Below are positions 18,491 through 28,962 of a DNA stretch of 64,000 bases, in pieces; within the stretch, counting starts at the first letter, position 1, and every line of letters begins with the position of its first letter. Source of the DNA: a virus. Made by a program: the position numbers and the translations under genes. Under the pieces are notes generated by a model. That model was given only the letters and a program-made list of their open reading frames with translations. It was not told the DNA's origin and searched no databases. The stretch lies in IMG/VR virus record IMGVR_UViG_3300028581_000013. One strand, written 5' to 3'.

Positions 18491-20215
18491 ATGGCGTTTA
18501 CACAAATAACAACATCAAATTTAGATAATACAATTACTACAAAGTTAGCGGCAGCCGAAGCAGCCAATGCAGCCGTTGCAAACATTGTTTCTTTGGCCAT
18601 TAGTAGTGTGCAAATTGCCGATTCATCTTATAATGTTATAGATGATACAGCAGCTAATACAGGTGGTGGTTATTTGGTAATTAACGGAACGGGTTTTACG
18701 AATCAGTCTGTTGTTATTGTTGGTACGACTAATGCTACTAGTACCACATTTGCAAATACAAAACAGTTACGAGCTCAAGTTCCTGGCTTGGCTGCAGCAT
18801 CATATCCTTTATATGTGGTTGATAGTGTCACTGGTGCAACAGCAATTAAAGTAAATGGTATAACATACAGTTCATTTCCAGCATGGTCAACTGGATCATC
18901 GTTAAGTAATCAATCATCAAATGTAGCCTTCTCAGTTAGTTTAAGTGCAAACTCCGATTCATCAATAACTTATTCCAATACTACAGCATTACCAGCTGGT
19001 ACAACATTAGCTGCTAACGGATATTTTTCTGGTACAGTTTCTATTGGTGCTCAGACCACATATTCATTTGATGTGAAAGCCACCGATGCTGAAAATCAGG
19101 ATGTTTCTAGAACATTTAGCTTAACTGTCACAGTAATACCACAAACAAAATTATGGTTATGGGGTTCTGGTAGTTATGGAAAATTAGGTCAAAATAGTGA
19201 AACAAGTTATTCCAGTCCTGTTCAAGTTGGTTCAGGTACTACATGGAATAATATAGGAGCGGCCAATCATTATTTTGACAGCACACATACTTTAGCAACA
19301 AAAACGGATGGCACACTTTGGTCATGGGGTCGTAATAGTTATGGCCAATTAGGACAAAATAATACAGTTAATAGATCCAGTCCAATTCAAGTAGGAACAG
19401 GAACAAATTGGAACAGAGTAGCAGTAGGACCGCTTCATTCTTTAGCTACAAAAACTGATGGCACCTTGTGGTCTTGGGGAGTTACCAATGACGGCCGGTT
19501 AGGTGATGGCATTGGTAGTGGTAGTTATAAATCCAGTCCTGTTCAAGTTGGTTCAGGTACTACATGGAATCTAATATTAGCTTCAGAAAAAAATGGTTTG
19601 GCCACAAAAACTGATGGCACACTTTGGTCATGGGGCCATAATGGTTCTGGACAAATAGGAAACTTTAATACAACCACACAAACAACTCCACAGTTAATAG
19701 ATGGATCAGTATGGAGTTCGATAGCTCTTGGTGGTGCTCATTGTTTAGCTGTTAGATCAACAGATAATACTCTTTACGCATGGGGAAATAATGATACGGG
19801 CCAGCTAGGACGTAATAACGTGTCCAACGTTTCTAATCTAAGTCAAGTTGCAGGAACAACTTGGAGTAAAGTGGCTGCAGCTCAGAACCATAGTTTTGCA
19901 ATTAAAACTGATGGCACTTTATGGGCATGGGGAATGAATGCTTATGGTCAATTAGGAATTAACAATACAATTTATAGATCCAGTCCGGTTCAAGTAGGAA
20001 CAAATACAAATTGGAGTGAAATAAGCACCGGCCAAACACATGCTATAGCAATTAAAACTGATGGCACTCTTTGGTCATGGGGAGATGGTAGTAATGGAAA
20101 ACGAGGATTAAATTCAGGTATATCATCAAGTAGTCCAGTTCAAATAGGAACAAATACAAATTGGAGTAAAATTGTAGGTGGACATTCTCACACAATAGCT
20201 ATTACCTCAAATTAA
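18491..20215 (+). CDS. RCC1-repeat propeller with IPT and Ig-like N-terminal domains
   Basis: KTDGTLWSWG repeats; N-terminal DSSYN..DDTAANT.GGY. Confidence 0.85.
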   Translation: MAFTQITTSNLDNTITTKLAAAEAANAAVANIVSLAISSVQIADSSYNVIDDTAANTGGGYLVINGTGFTNQSVVIVGTTNATSTTFANTKQLRAQVPGLAAASYPLYVVDSVTGATAIKVNGITYSSFPAWSTGSSLSNQSSNVAFSVSLSANSDSSITYSNTTALPAGTTLAANGYFSGTVSIGAQTTYSFDVKATDAENQDVSRTFSLTVTVIPQTKLWLWGSGSYGKLGQNSETSYSSPVQVGSGTTWNNIGAANHYFDSTHTLATKTDGTLWSWGRNSYGQLGQNNTVNRSSPIQVGTGTNWNRVAVGPLHSLATKTDGTLWSWGVTNDGRLGDGIGSGSYKSSPVQVGSGTTWNLILASEKNGLATKTDGTLWSWGHNGSGQIGNFNTTTQTTPQLIDGSVWSSIALGGAHCLAVRSTDNTLYAWGNNDTGQLGRNNVSNVSNLSQVAGTTWSKVAAAQNHSFAIKTDGTLWAWGMNAYGQLGINNTIYRSSPVQVGTNTNWSEISTGQTHAIAIKTDGTLWSWGDGSNGKRGLNSGISSSSPVQIGTNTNWSKIVGGHSHTIAITSN

Positions 20216-20221
20216 TTTCAA

Positions 20222-21772
20222 ATGACTCAATATGTCCGTGCGATTAATATTGCAAACAACTCAATCAAGTCTTTTGTATTTGATTCTGGTGTAGCAAACA
20301 CATTTAATGCCGCAGGTATTGCTAATGATTTGGCAATTGCTGCCAATGTGGCCGCACAAGCAGTTAATACATTTGTTACATTACAAACTCAAGAGCTTGC
20401 CGCTTTGCCTCCAACAATTAATGTAGTATCAGTTACAGATTCATCTTATAATGTTCTAAATATTGCCGAAGCCAATACCACCGGTGCATACTTACAAATT
20501 ACAGGTTCCAATTTTCAATCCGGCGCAATTGTTGTGGTTGGATCCAGTAACACCGCATTAACAACCACATTGGTGAATTCATCCACACTTAGAGCACAGA
20601 TTCCAGCCATCTCATCAGGAACTTATCCTGTATATGTGGTGAATAGTAGTGGCGGTACTGCAATTCGACCAAGAGGTTTAATAACAAGTGATTTTCCTGG
20701 TAGTCAATTGTCTAATCTATGGGGATGGGGAGAAAATTTTTTTGGACAATTAGGCACAAATGATGCAATTGCTAGGTCCAGTCCTGTTCAAATTGGTGAA
20801 GCTTATTTGTGGTCAAACGCTACTAGTGGAGCTGCACATACATTACTTTTAAAAGGAAAATCACCAACAAAAACTTTGTGGGCGATGGGTCGAAATTTTC
20901 GTGGTAACTTAGGATTAAATGATATAATTAATAGGTCCAGTCCAACTCAAATTGGTACAGGAAATTGGTCTTCCATAAGCATTGGTTATTATTTTTCTGC
21001 AGGCATTAAAACTGATGGTACATTGTGGACATGGGGTTATGGTAATTATGGCGCTTTAGGATTAAATAGTATAACCGATAGGTCCAGTCCAACTCAAGTT
21101 GGCACAATGACAAATTGGGCTCAAATTAAAACTGCAGCATACAATCTTTATGCTATTAAAACCGATGGCACGGCATGGGCTTGGGGTCCAGGATATGCAA
21201 TTGGCAACAATTCGACAATTGATAGGTCCTCTCCGGTCCAAATTGGTGCGTTAACAAATTGGTTAAAATTCTCCGAAAGTCCTTGTGATACGGCCTATCC
21301 TGCAGCTATTAAAACAGATGGTACACTATGGGTATGGGGATCAAATTCTTTAGGCGAACTTGGATTAAATAACAAAATTAATAGGTCCAGTCCGGTACAA
21401 ATAGGTACAGGTACTTGGAATACAATTTCAACATCAAGAAATTCTGTAGGTATTAAAACTGATGGCACACTATGGACTTGGGGATGGAATAATACCGAAT
21501 ATGGATCATTAGGTTTAAATGATTCAATTCAGAGATCCAGTCCAGTTCAAGTTGGAGTAGAAACAACTTGGTTAAATGCCGTGTGTGATTATCATGGAGT
21601 AACGGCATTAAAATCTAACGGCACACTATGGTCTTGGGGAAATAACGGTAATGGTCAATTAGGACAAAACGATATAAATAACAGATCCAGTCCTGTTCAA
21701 ATTGGAACAGCAACAGATTGGAGTGAAGTATATGCTGGACACTACTCATCAATCGCAAAAAGAAATGCATAA
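20222..21772 (+). CDS. RCC1-repeat propeller with IPT domain
   Basis: RSSP.QIG and IKTDGTLW.WG repeats; lacks the second Ig-like domain of its paralogs. Confidence 0.85.
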   Translation: MTQYVRAINIANNSIKSFVFDSGVANTFNAAGIANDLAIAANVAAQAVNTFVTLQTQELAALPPTINVVSVTDSSYNVLNIAEANTTGAYLQITGSNFQSGAIVVVGSSNTALTTTLVNSSTLRAQIPAISSGTYPVYVVNSSGGTAIRPRGLITSDFPGSQLSNLWGWGENFFGQLGTNDAIARSSPVQIGEAYLWSNATSGAAHTLLLKGKSPTKTLWAMGRNFRGNLGLNDIINRSSPTQIGTGNWSSISIGYYFSAGIKTDGTLWTWGYGNYGALGLNSITDRSSPTQVGTMTNWAQIKTAAYNLYAIKTDGTAWAWGPGYAIGNNSTIDRSSPVQIGALTNWLKFSESPCDTAYPAAIKTDGTLWVWGSNSLGELGLNNKINRSSPVQIGTGTWNTISTSRNSVGIKTDGTLWTWGWNNTEYGSLGLNDSIQRSSPVQVGVETTWLNAVCDYHGVTALKSNGTLWSWGNNGNGQLGQNDINNRSSPVQIGTATDWSEVYAGHYSSIAKRNA

Positions 21773-21777
21773 ATTAC

Positions 21778-23586
21778 ATGGCAAAAATAACAGCAAACAA
21801 TATCCTCGCATCATCAATTACTTCAGATAAACTTGATTCATCTGTTGCAAGTGGTTTAGCTACTGCAACTAATGCAAACACTCTTGCAACTATTGCTACT
21901 GCTGTGGCAGCTGCTGCTTTTGCAACTGCAAATACCAATGCAGCCATACTGGCAAACTCAGCATCTCCACTAATTACTACAATTCAAATTGCAGATTCAT
22001 CTTATAATATTTTAGATGATACGGCAGCCAATACTACTGGTGGATATGTTGTTATTACTGGATCAGGATTTACCAATAGTTCAACTGTGGTATTTGGATC
22101 AACTGCGGCTCCTGCGGTATCTTTTGTAAATTCAACAACACTCAGAGCACAAGTTCCAGCACTCACAGCGGCTTCATATCCTGTATATGTCGTTAACAGT
22201 AATGGAGGTACAGGTATTCGAATTAATGGATTGACAACAAGTTCATTCCCAGCATGGAGCACCGGTGCAACATTAAGTAACCAAAATGCCAATACATCTT
22301 TTTCTGTTAATCTGAGCGCAAACTCCGATTCATCAATAACTTATGCAAACACCACATCGCTACCTGCTGGTACTACATTGGCCGCTAACGGATTATTTTC
22401 TGGTATTGTAACAATTGGTACACAAACAACTTACACATTCGATGTGAAAGCAACTGACGTTGAAAATCAAGATGCAAGTCGTACATTTAGTTTGACGGTA
22501 ACGATAGGTCCAGCGCCAGGATTATATGTGTGGGGTTTTCATTCTGGGAATGGAGAAGATGGATTAAATATTGGTTCTTCTTCTAAATCCAGTCCAACAC
22601 AAGTAGGAACAGATACAAATTGGAATCAAATAAGTACGGCAAGGTATTCTGTGTTGGCCACCAAAACTGATGGTACCCTATGGTCATGGGGAAATAATAG
22701 TAATGGTCAATTAGGACATAATGATCGAGTCAATAGATCCAGTCCTGTACAAATTGGAACAAATACCAATTGGTCATTGATAAGTATCAGCCCCTATTTC
22801 TTTGCAGCTATCAAAACCGATGGTACTTTATGGACATGGGGACAAAATGATTCTGGTCAACATGGCCGCAATGATAGAGTTAACCGATCTAGTCCAGTTC
22901 AAGTATCAGGAACTACTTGGAGTAAAATAGGTGTTGGTCGAGTGGGAGTTGTATCGGCCACCAAAACTGATGGTACTTTATGGATGTGGGGAATTAACGA
23001 AGAAGGCCAATTAGGAAGAAATGATAGAGTTACCCGATCCAGTCCAATACAAGTAGGATCAGATACAACTTGGAGTCAAGCAAAACTCGGAGATAATTAT
23101 ACTATAGCCACCAAAACTAATGGCACACTATGGAGTTGGGGATATAATAACAATGGCCAATTAGGAAGAAATGATACAGTTCGTAGGTCGAGTCCAGTAC
23201 AAATTGGAGCAAATACCAATTGGAGTTTAAATAATTTTGTTATCGGTGCACCCGGTCCTATACAAGCAGCTACTAAAACTGATGGTACTTTATGGACATG
23301 GGGAAAAAATGATTTTGGCCAATTAGGACACAATAATCGAGGTGTTTATAGATCCAGTCCAACACAAGTAGGAACAGAAACAAATTGGAGTTTAATTAGT
23401 GGAGGTGCGTATAGTTTTACGGCCACCAAAACAGATGGCACATTGTGGTCTTGGGGACAAAATAATTATGGCCAATTAGGAAGAAATGATAAAGTTACCC
23501 GATCCAGTCCAATACAAGTAGGATCAGCAACAAATTGGACTTTAGTTAGTATGGGGCCTTACGCCGGGTTTGCCAAATTATCATAG
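21778..23586 (+). CDS. RCC1-repeat propeller with IPT and Ig-like domains
   Basis: ATKTDGTLW.WG.N..GQLG.ND repeats. Confidence 0.85.
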   Translation: MAKITANNILASSITSDKLDSSVASGLATATNANTLATIATAVAAAAFATANTNAAILANSASPLITTIQIADSSYNILDDTAANTTGGYVVITGSGFTNSSTVVFGSTAAPAVSFVNSTTLRAQVPALTAASYPVYVVNSNGGTGIRINGLTTSSFPAWSTGATLSNQNANTSFSVNLSANSDSSITYANTTSLPAGTTLAANGLFSGIVTIGTQTTYTFDVKATDVENQDASRTFSLTVTIGPAPGLYVWGFHSGNGEDGLNIGSSSKSSPTQVGTDTNWNQISTARYSVLATKTDGTLWSWGNNSNGQLGHNDRVNRSSPVQIGTNTNWSLISISPYFFAAIKTDGTLWTWGQNDSGQHGRNDRVNRSSPVQVSGTTWSKIGVGRVGVVSATKTDGTLWMWGINEEGQLGRNDRVTRSSPIQVGSDTTWSQAKLGDNYTIATKTNGTLWSWGYNNNGQLGRNDTVRRSSPVQIGANTNWSLNNFVIGAPGPIQAATKTDGTLWTWGKNDFGQLGHNNRGVYRSSPTQVGTETNWSLISGGAYSFTATKTDGTLWSWGQNNYGQLGRNDKVTRSSPIQVGSATNWTLVSMGPYAGFAKLS

Positions 23587-23619
23587 TTCCACATGATATT
23601 GTAAAATACCTTAACAACA

Positions 23620-23648
23620 TTGCCATCAATCCAAGTATCATATATAAT
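23620..23648 (+). promoter_or_regulatory. Sigma70-like promoter for the glycosylation/sulfation cluster
   Basis: TTGCCA-17 bp-TATAAT upstream of GTG 23681. Confidence 0.65.
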
Positions 23649-23680
23649 AGTGTGAATTAATTATTTGAAAGGTTTTACCA

Positions 23681-25441
23681 GTGAAAAACATATATTTTCT
23701 TTCAGGACTTCCACGTTCTGGTTCAACAGTATTGGCTGCTATTCTTAGCCAAAATCCAAGCATTCATGCCACATCCACTTCTAATCTTTTAGATACCCTA
23801 GTAGGTACTCTAAGAGCATGGGCTGATAGTTTGACCACTAGAGCTCAAACGGATCAGAAAAAGGAAGAAGAAAAGATTCAGCATGTTTTAAATAACATCT
23901 GTAAAACTCAATATCATGACATTGATAAACCCATCATTCTTGATAAAGCTAGAGGTTGGGCTGATGATACGAACATGCGTACCATGTCTAAAGTTCTTGG
24001 ACATAAACCTAAAATTATTGCCACAGTTCGTAATGTAGAAGATTGTGCCGCTTCTTTTGTTCGTGTGGCTAAACCAAAAAATTTGGATCATTTTTTACTC
24101 AAAGATGACCTGATTAAACACCTCAAAGAATCATATCAAACATTTGAAAAAGGATATTCATTTGCACCTGAATGTTTTTTAATTATTGACTATGATGATC
24201 TGATGAATGATCCACAAAAAGAATTAAAACGAGTTCATGAGTTTTTAGAATTACCAGATTTTGAATATGATTTAAATGCCATTGATGGTACCAATCTACA
24301 AGAAAAAGATGAAGAAATTTGGGAAGTAAAAGGCCTTCATGATGTTAAACCAAAATTAGGTTATCAACACAAAGAAGATTCTAAAGATGTATTGAAGCAT
24401 CGTTATTATGAATTCGTACAACCAAGATTTTGGTTAGGAGAAAAAGTTGCCAATAAACCTATTCACGACCTTGATTTACAGTTGGCTGCTGGTCTAATGG
24501 GTAACTTTGAAGAAGGTTGGAAGATAGCACAGAAATTAGAGAAAGAAGAACCATGGAATAATCGTGCCGCTTTTAATCGTGGTTGGTATCTCATGCAACA
24601 TGGTAAACTTTTAGAAGGTGAAAAACTATTGTTCCGTGGTCGTGACGAAGGAGTGTTTGGTAATGAACCACCAAAATCACCAATGCCAATGTGGGACGGC
24701 AAATCAAAAGGTACCGTATTATTAAATCTAGAAGGTGGATTAGGTGACCAGATACACGGAGTTCGTTACGCAAGGGATATTGCAAAGATTGCTGGAGAAG
24801 TGATTGTGGCGTGTTCCGGTTCGTTGGCGACACTATTCCGTGATATAGAAGGAGTCGTGGCGGTCTGCCAGAGTGATGCTGTATATGGTATTGTACATGA
24901 TTATTGGGCACCATCCATGTCCACGATACCCATTCTTGGTTACGAATACAAGGACATATCAGGAAAACCATACATAAATAAACCATTAGTAGAACCACAT
25001 AAAGGTTTGAGAATCGGTCTACGGTGGCAAGGTAATCCACAGTTCGAACATGAACAACATCGGATATTCCCACCAACAAAACTATTTGATGCCTTAGAAG
25101 ATGTTGATGCAGAATTTATATCACTGCAACGAGATGAGGGTTCTCAATACAAACCATATTGGGTAAAAGAAGTACCACTAGGTCATTGGGAAGAAACACG
25201 AATAGCGGCTGCATCATGTGATTTAATTATCACATCATGTACCTCTGTTGCACATCTCTGTGGTGCCATGGGAATACCAACATGGATTGTAGTACCTAAA
25301 TTGCCTTACTATTTGTGGGCTCCACCAGGAAACACAACAGTCTGGTATGATTCGGTGAAGCTGTATCGCCAAGAAGTATTTGGAGAATGGTCTGCTCCAT
25401 TTGATCAGATCAAAGTCGATTTACAAAATTTTAAAAAGTAA
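23681..25441 (+). CDS. Sulfotransferase-TPR-glycosyltransferase (GT9-like) fusion
   Basis: GLPRSGST PAPS-binding loop, YDDLM.DP, TPR-like helices, W.G...EGGLGD.I, ISLQ, DLIITSCTSVAHLCGAMG.PTW, WYDSV.LYRQ. Confidence 0.85.
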   Translation: MKNIYFLSGLPRSGSTVLAAILSQNPSIHATSTSNLLDTLVGTLRAWADSLTTRAQTDQKKEEEKIQHVLNNICKTQYHDIDKPIILDKARGWADDTNMRTMSKVLGHKPKIIATVRNVEDCAASFVRVAKPKNLDHFLLKDDLIKHLKESYQTFEKGYSFAPECFLIIDYDDLMNDPQKELKRVHEFLELPDFEYDLNAIDGTNLQEKDEEIWEVKGLHDVKPKLGYQHKEDSKDVLKHRYYEFVQPRFWLGEKVANKPIHDLDLQLAAGLMGNFEEGWKIAQKLEKEEPWNNRAAFNRGWYLMQHGKLLEGEKLLFRGRDEGVFGNEPPKSPMPMWDGKSKGTVLLNLEGGLGDQIHGVRYARDIAKIAGEVIVACSGSLATLFRDIEGVVAVCQSDAVYGIVHDYWAPSMSTIPILGYEYKDISGKPYINKPLVEPHKGLRIGLRWQGNPQFEHEQHRIFPPTKLFDALEDVDAEFISLQRDEGSQYKPYWVKEVPLGHWEETRIAAASCDLIITSCTSVAHLCGAMGIPTWIVVPKLPYYLWAPPGNTTVWYDSVKLYRQEVFGEWSAPFDQIKVDLQNFKK

Positions 25442-25453
25442 TAGGAGATAGTA

Positions 25454-25876
25454 ATGCCAACAAGATCAGGTTATAATGTTCGAGTTCAGAATGGTAAGGT
25501 AACAGATTGCTGGGATACACCAGCACCAGAAGGTCAATCCGGTTGGAGTGCAGCCGTAGAGATTACTCCAGACCTCACACCTAACCGTGAAATTCTTACA
25601 ACACATACATTTGATATTACCAAAAATCCAATTGAGATTGTTTGGGGTAAGCGTGAGTTGTCAGTTGATGAGCGTAAAGGTTCTTTAATTGGTCAAGCCA
25701 ATTTTGAAGTAATTCGTTTAGAAAACCAATTGCAAATGAAGCGTAATATACCAGAGTTTGCTGACCAAATCTCCACACTTGAAGCTGAAATTGAAGCCGC
25801 CAAGTCAACTAGAGATGCTCGTGTTATTCAAGTTAATGCAGCCGCTACACATGAGGATGTTGACGCACTAATGTAA
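25454..25876 (+). CDS. Hypothetical protein (possible fibre assembly factor)
   Basis: AGGAG RBS; helical C-terminus; no firm family. Confidence 0.55.
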   Translation: MPTRSGYNVRVQNGKVTDCWDTPAPEGQSGWSAAVEITPDLTPNREILTTHTFDITKNPIEIVWGKRELSVDERKGSLIGQANFEVIRLENQLQMKRNIPEFADQISTLEAEIEAAKSTRDARVIQVNAAATHEDVDALM

Positions 25877-25893
25877 TTTTTTGAAAGTTTGTT

Positions 25894-26610
25894 ATGAATT
25901 CTTTGTTTTTTTCGTATAATATGGATGTAGATAAGGCTTACATCATTCGGGTTAAAGATAATAAAAAATCTGAAGATGTGGCCTTACGATGTGCCGAATC
26001 TTGTAATCAAGTAAAAATGCCTTACGAGTATTGGGATGCGTATGATGGTTATTCTCGGCGCATCAAAGAGCCGGAACATTCTAAAAATAGTTCAGTAATG
26101 AAAATGATGAAAATCACAGATCATTACTTGACGAGAGGTGAAGTGGCTTGTGCATTGTCCCATATTTCTTTGTGGGCTAAGTGTGTTGAGATAGACCAAC
26201 CAATTGTTATTTTAGAACATGATTCGATTATGGTTCAACCATATCTCAAGCATGCCGTATTTAATTCAATCGCATATCTAGGTAATAATGAACAGGTCAA
26301 CGGTGGTTGGCCAGTTCTACCAACACCTACTCATGCATCAGAAGGACCAAACTATCATTTTATTTGTAGGGCTCATGCATATGCCATTGATCCTGCTGTG
26401 GCAAAAAATATGATTTCTCATGTAATTAAATTTGGTATCTGTGCGCCATTAGATATCATTCTTCGAGCCGATATATTTCCAATTTATCAGATGGGTATCT
26501 ACGCCTATGATGTTAAAGAAAGAGAAGAAGATGGTAATCTTAAAACAACCATACTTGGCAGACCTCTAGAAGGCCGTTCAACAATTCGTAATGATAGATT
26601 AGAAACATGA
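25894..26610 (+). CDS. Glycosyltransferase family 25
   Basis: AYII, DAYDG, GEVACALSH.SLW..C and ILEHD motifs. Confidence 0.85.
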   Translation: MNSLFFSYNMDVDKAYIIRVKDNKKSEDVALRCAESCNQVKMPYEYWDAYDGYSRRIKEPEHSKNSSVMKMMKITDHYLTRGEVACALSHISLWAKCVEIDQPIVILEHDSIMVQPYLKHAVFNSIAYLGNNEQVNGGWPVLPTPTHASEGPNYHFICRAHAYAIDPAVAKNMISHVIKFGICAPLDIILRADIFPIYQMGIYAYDVKEREEDGNLKTTILGRPLEGRSTIRNDRLET

Positions 26611-27188
26611 AATTAACCGTAAGATTCCACGACCACACAATTAGAAGTTTTCAACACATTGTAAGTTCAATTGGCTTTCCAAAAGTATCAATTGAAATAG
26701 GATGTTTTGAAGGTGACAGCACATTTAACATAACTGGTATTTGTCATCAACAAAATTCAAATTATAAACATTACGCAATTGATCCATACGACAATAGTGA
26801 TGACTTGCCTGAAAAAAATATACCACAGACCAAAGAAATGTTTTTAAGTAACTTAGAAGAATTTGAACCTAAAGGTGTGGTGGAGTTTATTAATAAAAAA
26901 TCTTTTGATGGATTGATTGACTTATATAATCGTGGTGTCAAAGCCGATTTTATCTATGTTGATGGAGATCACCGAGCACCAGGTGTATTACAAGATTGTG
27001 TTTTAGGATTTGAATTGTTGAATAAAGGTGGTGTAATGTTATTTGATGACAGTATGGTGTGGAGAAAAGATAACAACCCATGCAACTCGCCTAAAATGGC
27101 AGTAGATAATTTCATGCAATGTTATTGGGATAAATTAGAAATTTTTGAGTTACCTAGTGGTTATCAATCTGCTGTTCGTAAATTATGA
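26607..27188 (+). CDS. Class I SAM methyltransferase (Methyltransf_24-like)
   Basis: IEIGCFEG.S, IDP, DFIYVDGDH and GG.MLFDD motifs. Confidence 0.85.
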   Translation: MKLTVRFHDHTIRSFQHIVSSIGFPKVSIEIGCFEGDSTFNITGICHQQNSNYKHYAIDPYDNSDDLPEKNIPQTKEMFLSNLEEFEPKGVVEFINKKSFDGLIDLYNRGVKADFIYVDGDHRAPGVLQDCVLGFELLNKGGVMLFDDSMVWRKDNNPCNSPKMAVDNFMQCYWDKLEIFELPSGYQSAVRKL

Positions 27189-28018
27189 TTCATGTTGTAT
27201 TAAGGACTTGTAATAGAACTTCTCTACAGTCCGATAGAATAGTAAATAAATCTGAATGTATTCTTCGGTGTTTAAATTCAATTATCACCAATCTCAAAAA
27301 TATACCAGAAAAATCATTACACATTATTGATGATAACTCTGTTGCTGAATTTCAGGACATACTTAAAGAACTGATTCAACCACACGATTTCGTCACAATC
27401 AATTTTTTACCACCAAGAAATCAAGAAGGATTATCACCTAAGAAAAAATCTAGGCACTCAGTTCAAGTAGCCTACGAATACATCTACAATTTACCTGATG
27501 ATGATTTGGTGTACATTGTAGAAGATGACTATCTACATTTTTCAGGTGCCATTGGTGAAATGATTGAATCGTGGACATATCTTTCATCGGTTACTGGTTT
27601 AGAAATAGGTATTTTTCCACAAGATTTCAATCAACTATATTATCATCCAAGTCATCCATATAATGAAACATATTATAGGCCATGTTTTGTTGTTCCTACA
27701 CAGCATAGATATTATAGAAGCACATGGTTTACACAAGAATCATTTATGATTCAAGCCAAGATATTTAAAAAGTATAAAGAACACTTTGATAAGTTATTAA
27801 TTATTGGTGAAAAAGAACATCATTGGGAAGGTAACACGATATCCACGGTGTGGAATAAACCAGAATTTAAAATGTTTATGCCAATGGGTTCACTAGTGGT
27901 ACATATGTCAAACAAAATGGACATACCGTTTTATATAACGAAAGATGCCGTAATTAAATTATGGGAAGAAAACAAAACATACTGGTCGTTGGAACAGGAT
28001 TCTCAGGTTCAGTTATAA
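27185..28018 (+). CDS. GT-A fold glycosyltransferase
   Basis: IIDDNS and YIVEDDYLH (DxD-like) motifs. Confidence 0.7.
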   Translation: MIHVVLRTCNRTSLQSDRIVNKSECILRCLNSIITNLKNIPEKSLHIIDDNSVAEFQDILKELIQPHDFVTINFLPPRNQEGLSPKKKSRHSVQVAYEYIYNLPDDDLVYIVEDDYLHFSGAIGEMIESWTYLSSVTGLEIGIFPQDFNQLYYHPSHPYNETYYRPCFVVPTQHRYYRSTWFTQESFMIQAKIFKKYKEHFDKLLIIGEKEHHWEGNTISTVWNKPEFKMFMPMGSLVVHMSNKMDIPFYITKDAVIKLWEENKTYWSLEQDSQVQL

Positions 28019-28962
28019 CCAGAGAACTGGCCAATCGTGGTTACAATATTACCATAATTGACCAAAGAGGCCATATTGGTGGCAACTGTTATGATGAGAT
28101 GATAGATGGTGTTCTAGTACACCGCTACGGACCGCACATCCTACACACAAATAACAATAGAGTAATTGAATGGTTGTCCCAATACACCGAATGGGTACCA
28201 TACCAACATAAAGTCAAAGCATATCACAAAGGCCAATATCTAACTTTACCACCTAATTTGGAAACACAAAAAATATTAGGTGATAAATTGTTTGAAACTC
28301 TGTATGTGCCTTATTCTAAAAAGATGTGGGGCTTGCCGACCGATAAGATTGATAGTAGTATATTAAATCGTATCAAACTAAGAAATGATTTAAACGAATT
28401 ATATTTTCCAAATGATGAATACCAATGCCTACCCAAAGGTGGTTATAATAAACTATTTGGAAATATATTAAATCATTCAAATATAAAAATAAAATTAAAC
28501 ACCAAGTTTTCTAAAGAAATGGAAACTGAATATGATTTTGTTTTTAATTCAATGGCAATAGATGAGTATTATGATTACTGTCATGGTGAATTACCATATC
28601 GGTCAATCAAGTTTCATTTTACCGATAAATCTTACTTTGATATGCCAACATCGGTAGTTAATTTTACGGATGATGGACCATATACACGCATTACAAAATG
28701 GGAATTGTTTCCTGAACATGGATTTGGTGAGAGATATACATTAGAAGAACCTTGTGATTACCGAGATAATAATTATGAACGGTATTATCCAGTAAAAGAT
28801 TCAGAAGGTTTAAATCGAGCAATATATAATAAGTATAAGGACATAAAAAACGACAAGGTCCAGTTTATTGGTAGATGTGGATTGTATGTTTATATCGATA
28901 TGGATATGGCAATCAGTTCATCATTGGCAATCGTTGATAATTTTATTAAGGAACAAATATGA
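27961..28962 (+). CDS. glf: UDP-galactopyranose mutase
   Basis: GTGFSG FAD motif, HIGGNCYD, HRYGPHI.HT, LPYRS, RYYP, GR...Y.Y.DMD. Confidence 0.93.
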   Translation: MGRKQNILVVGTGFSGSVITRELANRGYNITIIDQRGHIGGNCYDEMIDGVLVHRYGPHILHTNNNRVIEWLSQYTEWVPYQHKVKAYHKGQYLTLPPNLETQKILGDKLFETLYVPYSKKMWGLPTDKIDSSILNRIKLRNDLNELYFPNDEYQCLPKGGYNKLFGNILNHSNIKIKLNTKFSKEMETEYDFVFNSMAIDEYYDYCHGELPYRSIKFHFTDKSYFDMPTSVVNFTDDGPYTRITKWELFPEHGFGERYTLEEPCDYRDNNYERYYPVKDSEGLNRAIYNKYKDIKNDKVQFIGRCGLYVYIDMDMAISSSLAIVDNFIKEQI

